The notes under the pieces are model-generated. The model saw nothing but the letters and a program-made list of their open reading frames with translations, searched no databases and was not told the origin of the DNA. Below, piece by piece: positions 48,548 to 48,702 of a stretch of DNA of 48,702 bases. The stretch's first letter is position 1. Each line of letters opens with the position of its first letter. Location of the stretch: assembly GCA_036785375.1 (NCBI GenBank), contig JAWMAR010002754.1, positions 62,001 to 110,702 on the forward strand, in the 5' to 3' direction. This DNA is from Leucoraja ocellata. Lineage: Eukaryota. The translations under genes and the position numbers were made by a program.

Positions 48548-48702
48548 TCATTCATTCATTCATTCATCATTCAATCATTCAATCAATCATTCAATCATTC
48601 AATCATTCATTCAATCATTCAATCATTCAATCAATCATACATTCATTCATTTATGCATTCATCATTCATTCATTCATTCAATCATCATTCAGTCATACAT
48701 TC
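48548..48702. repeat. (TTCA)n/(ATCATTCA)n low-complexity repeat
   Basis: Directly visible. Confidence 0.9.

Overview
This is eukaryotic DNA, most likely from a cartilaginous fish (skate/ray-type repeat landscape, inferred), and appears to be part of an unrearranged T-cell receptor alpha/delta variable-gene array. Five V segments with open V exons each end in a heptamer/23-bp-spacer/nonamer RSS and lie in mixed orientation (-,-,+,-,+). Several decayed V relics are also visible. Interleaved among the V segments are two intact, convergently oriented, two-exon class A GPCR genes of the GPR139/GPR142-like type. The ORF track shows only their second exons; both 70-nt first exons and matched TATA boxes were found by reading the sequence. 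The rest is mostly transposon-derived: many CR1 LINE fragments, a decayed L1-clade LINE with nested insertions, Penelope-like termini carrying minimal hammerhead-ribozyme motifs, a V-SINE, four PIF/Harbinger-type MITEs, a TIR element with a perfect 8-bp TSD, and Helitron-like elements carrying minisatellites. No convincing D, J or C segments were seen. Repeat boundaries are approximate; exon and RSS coordinates were counted by hand.
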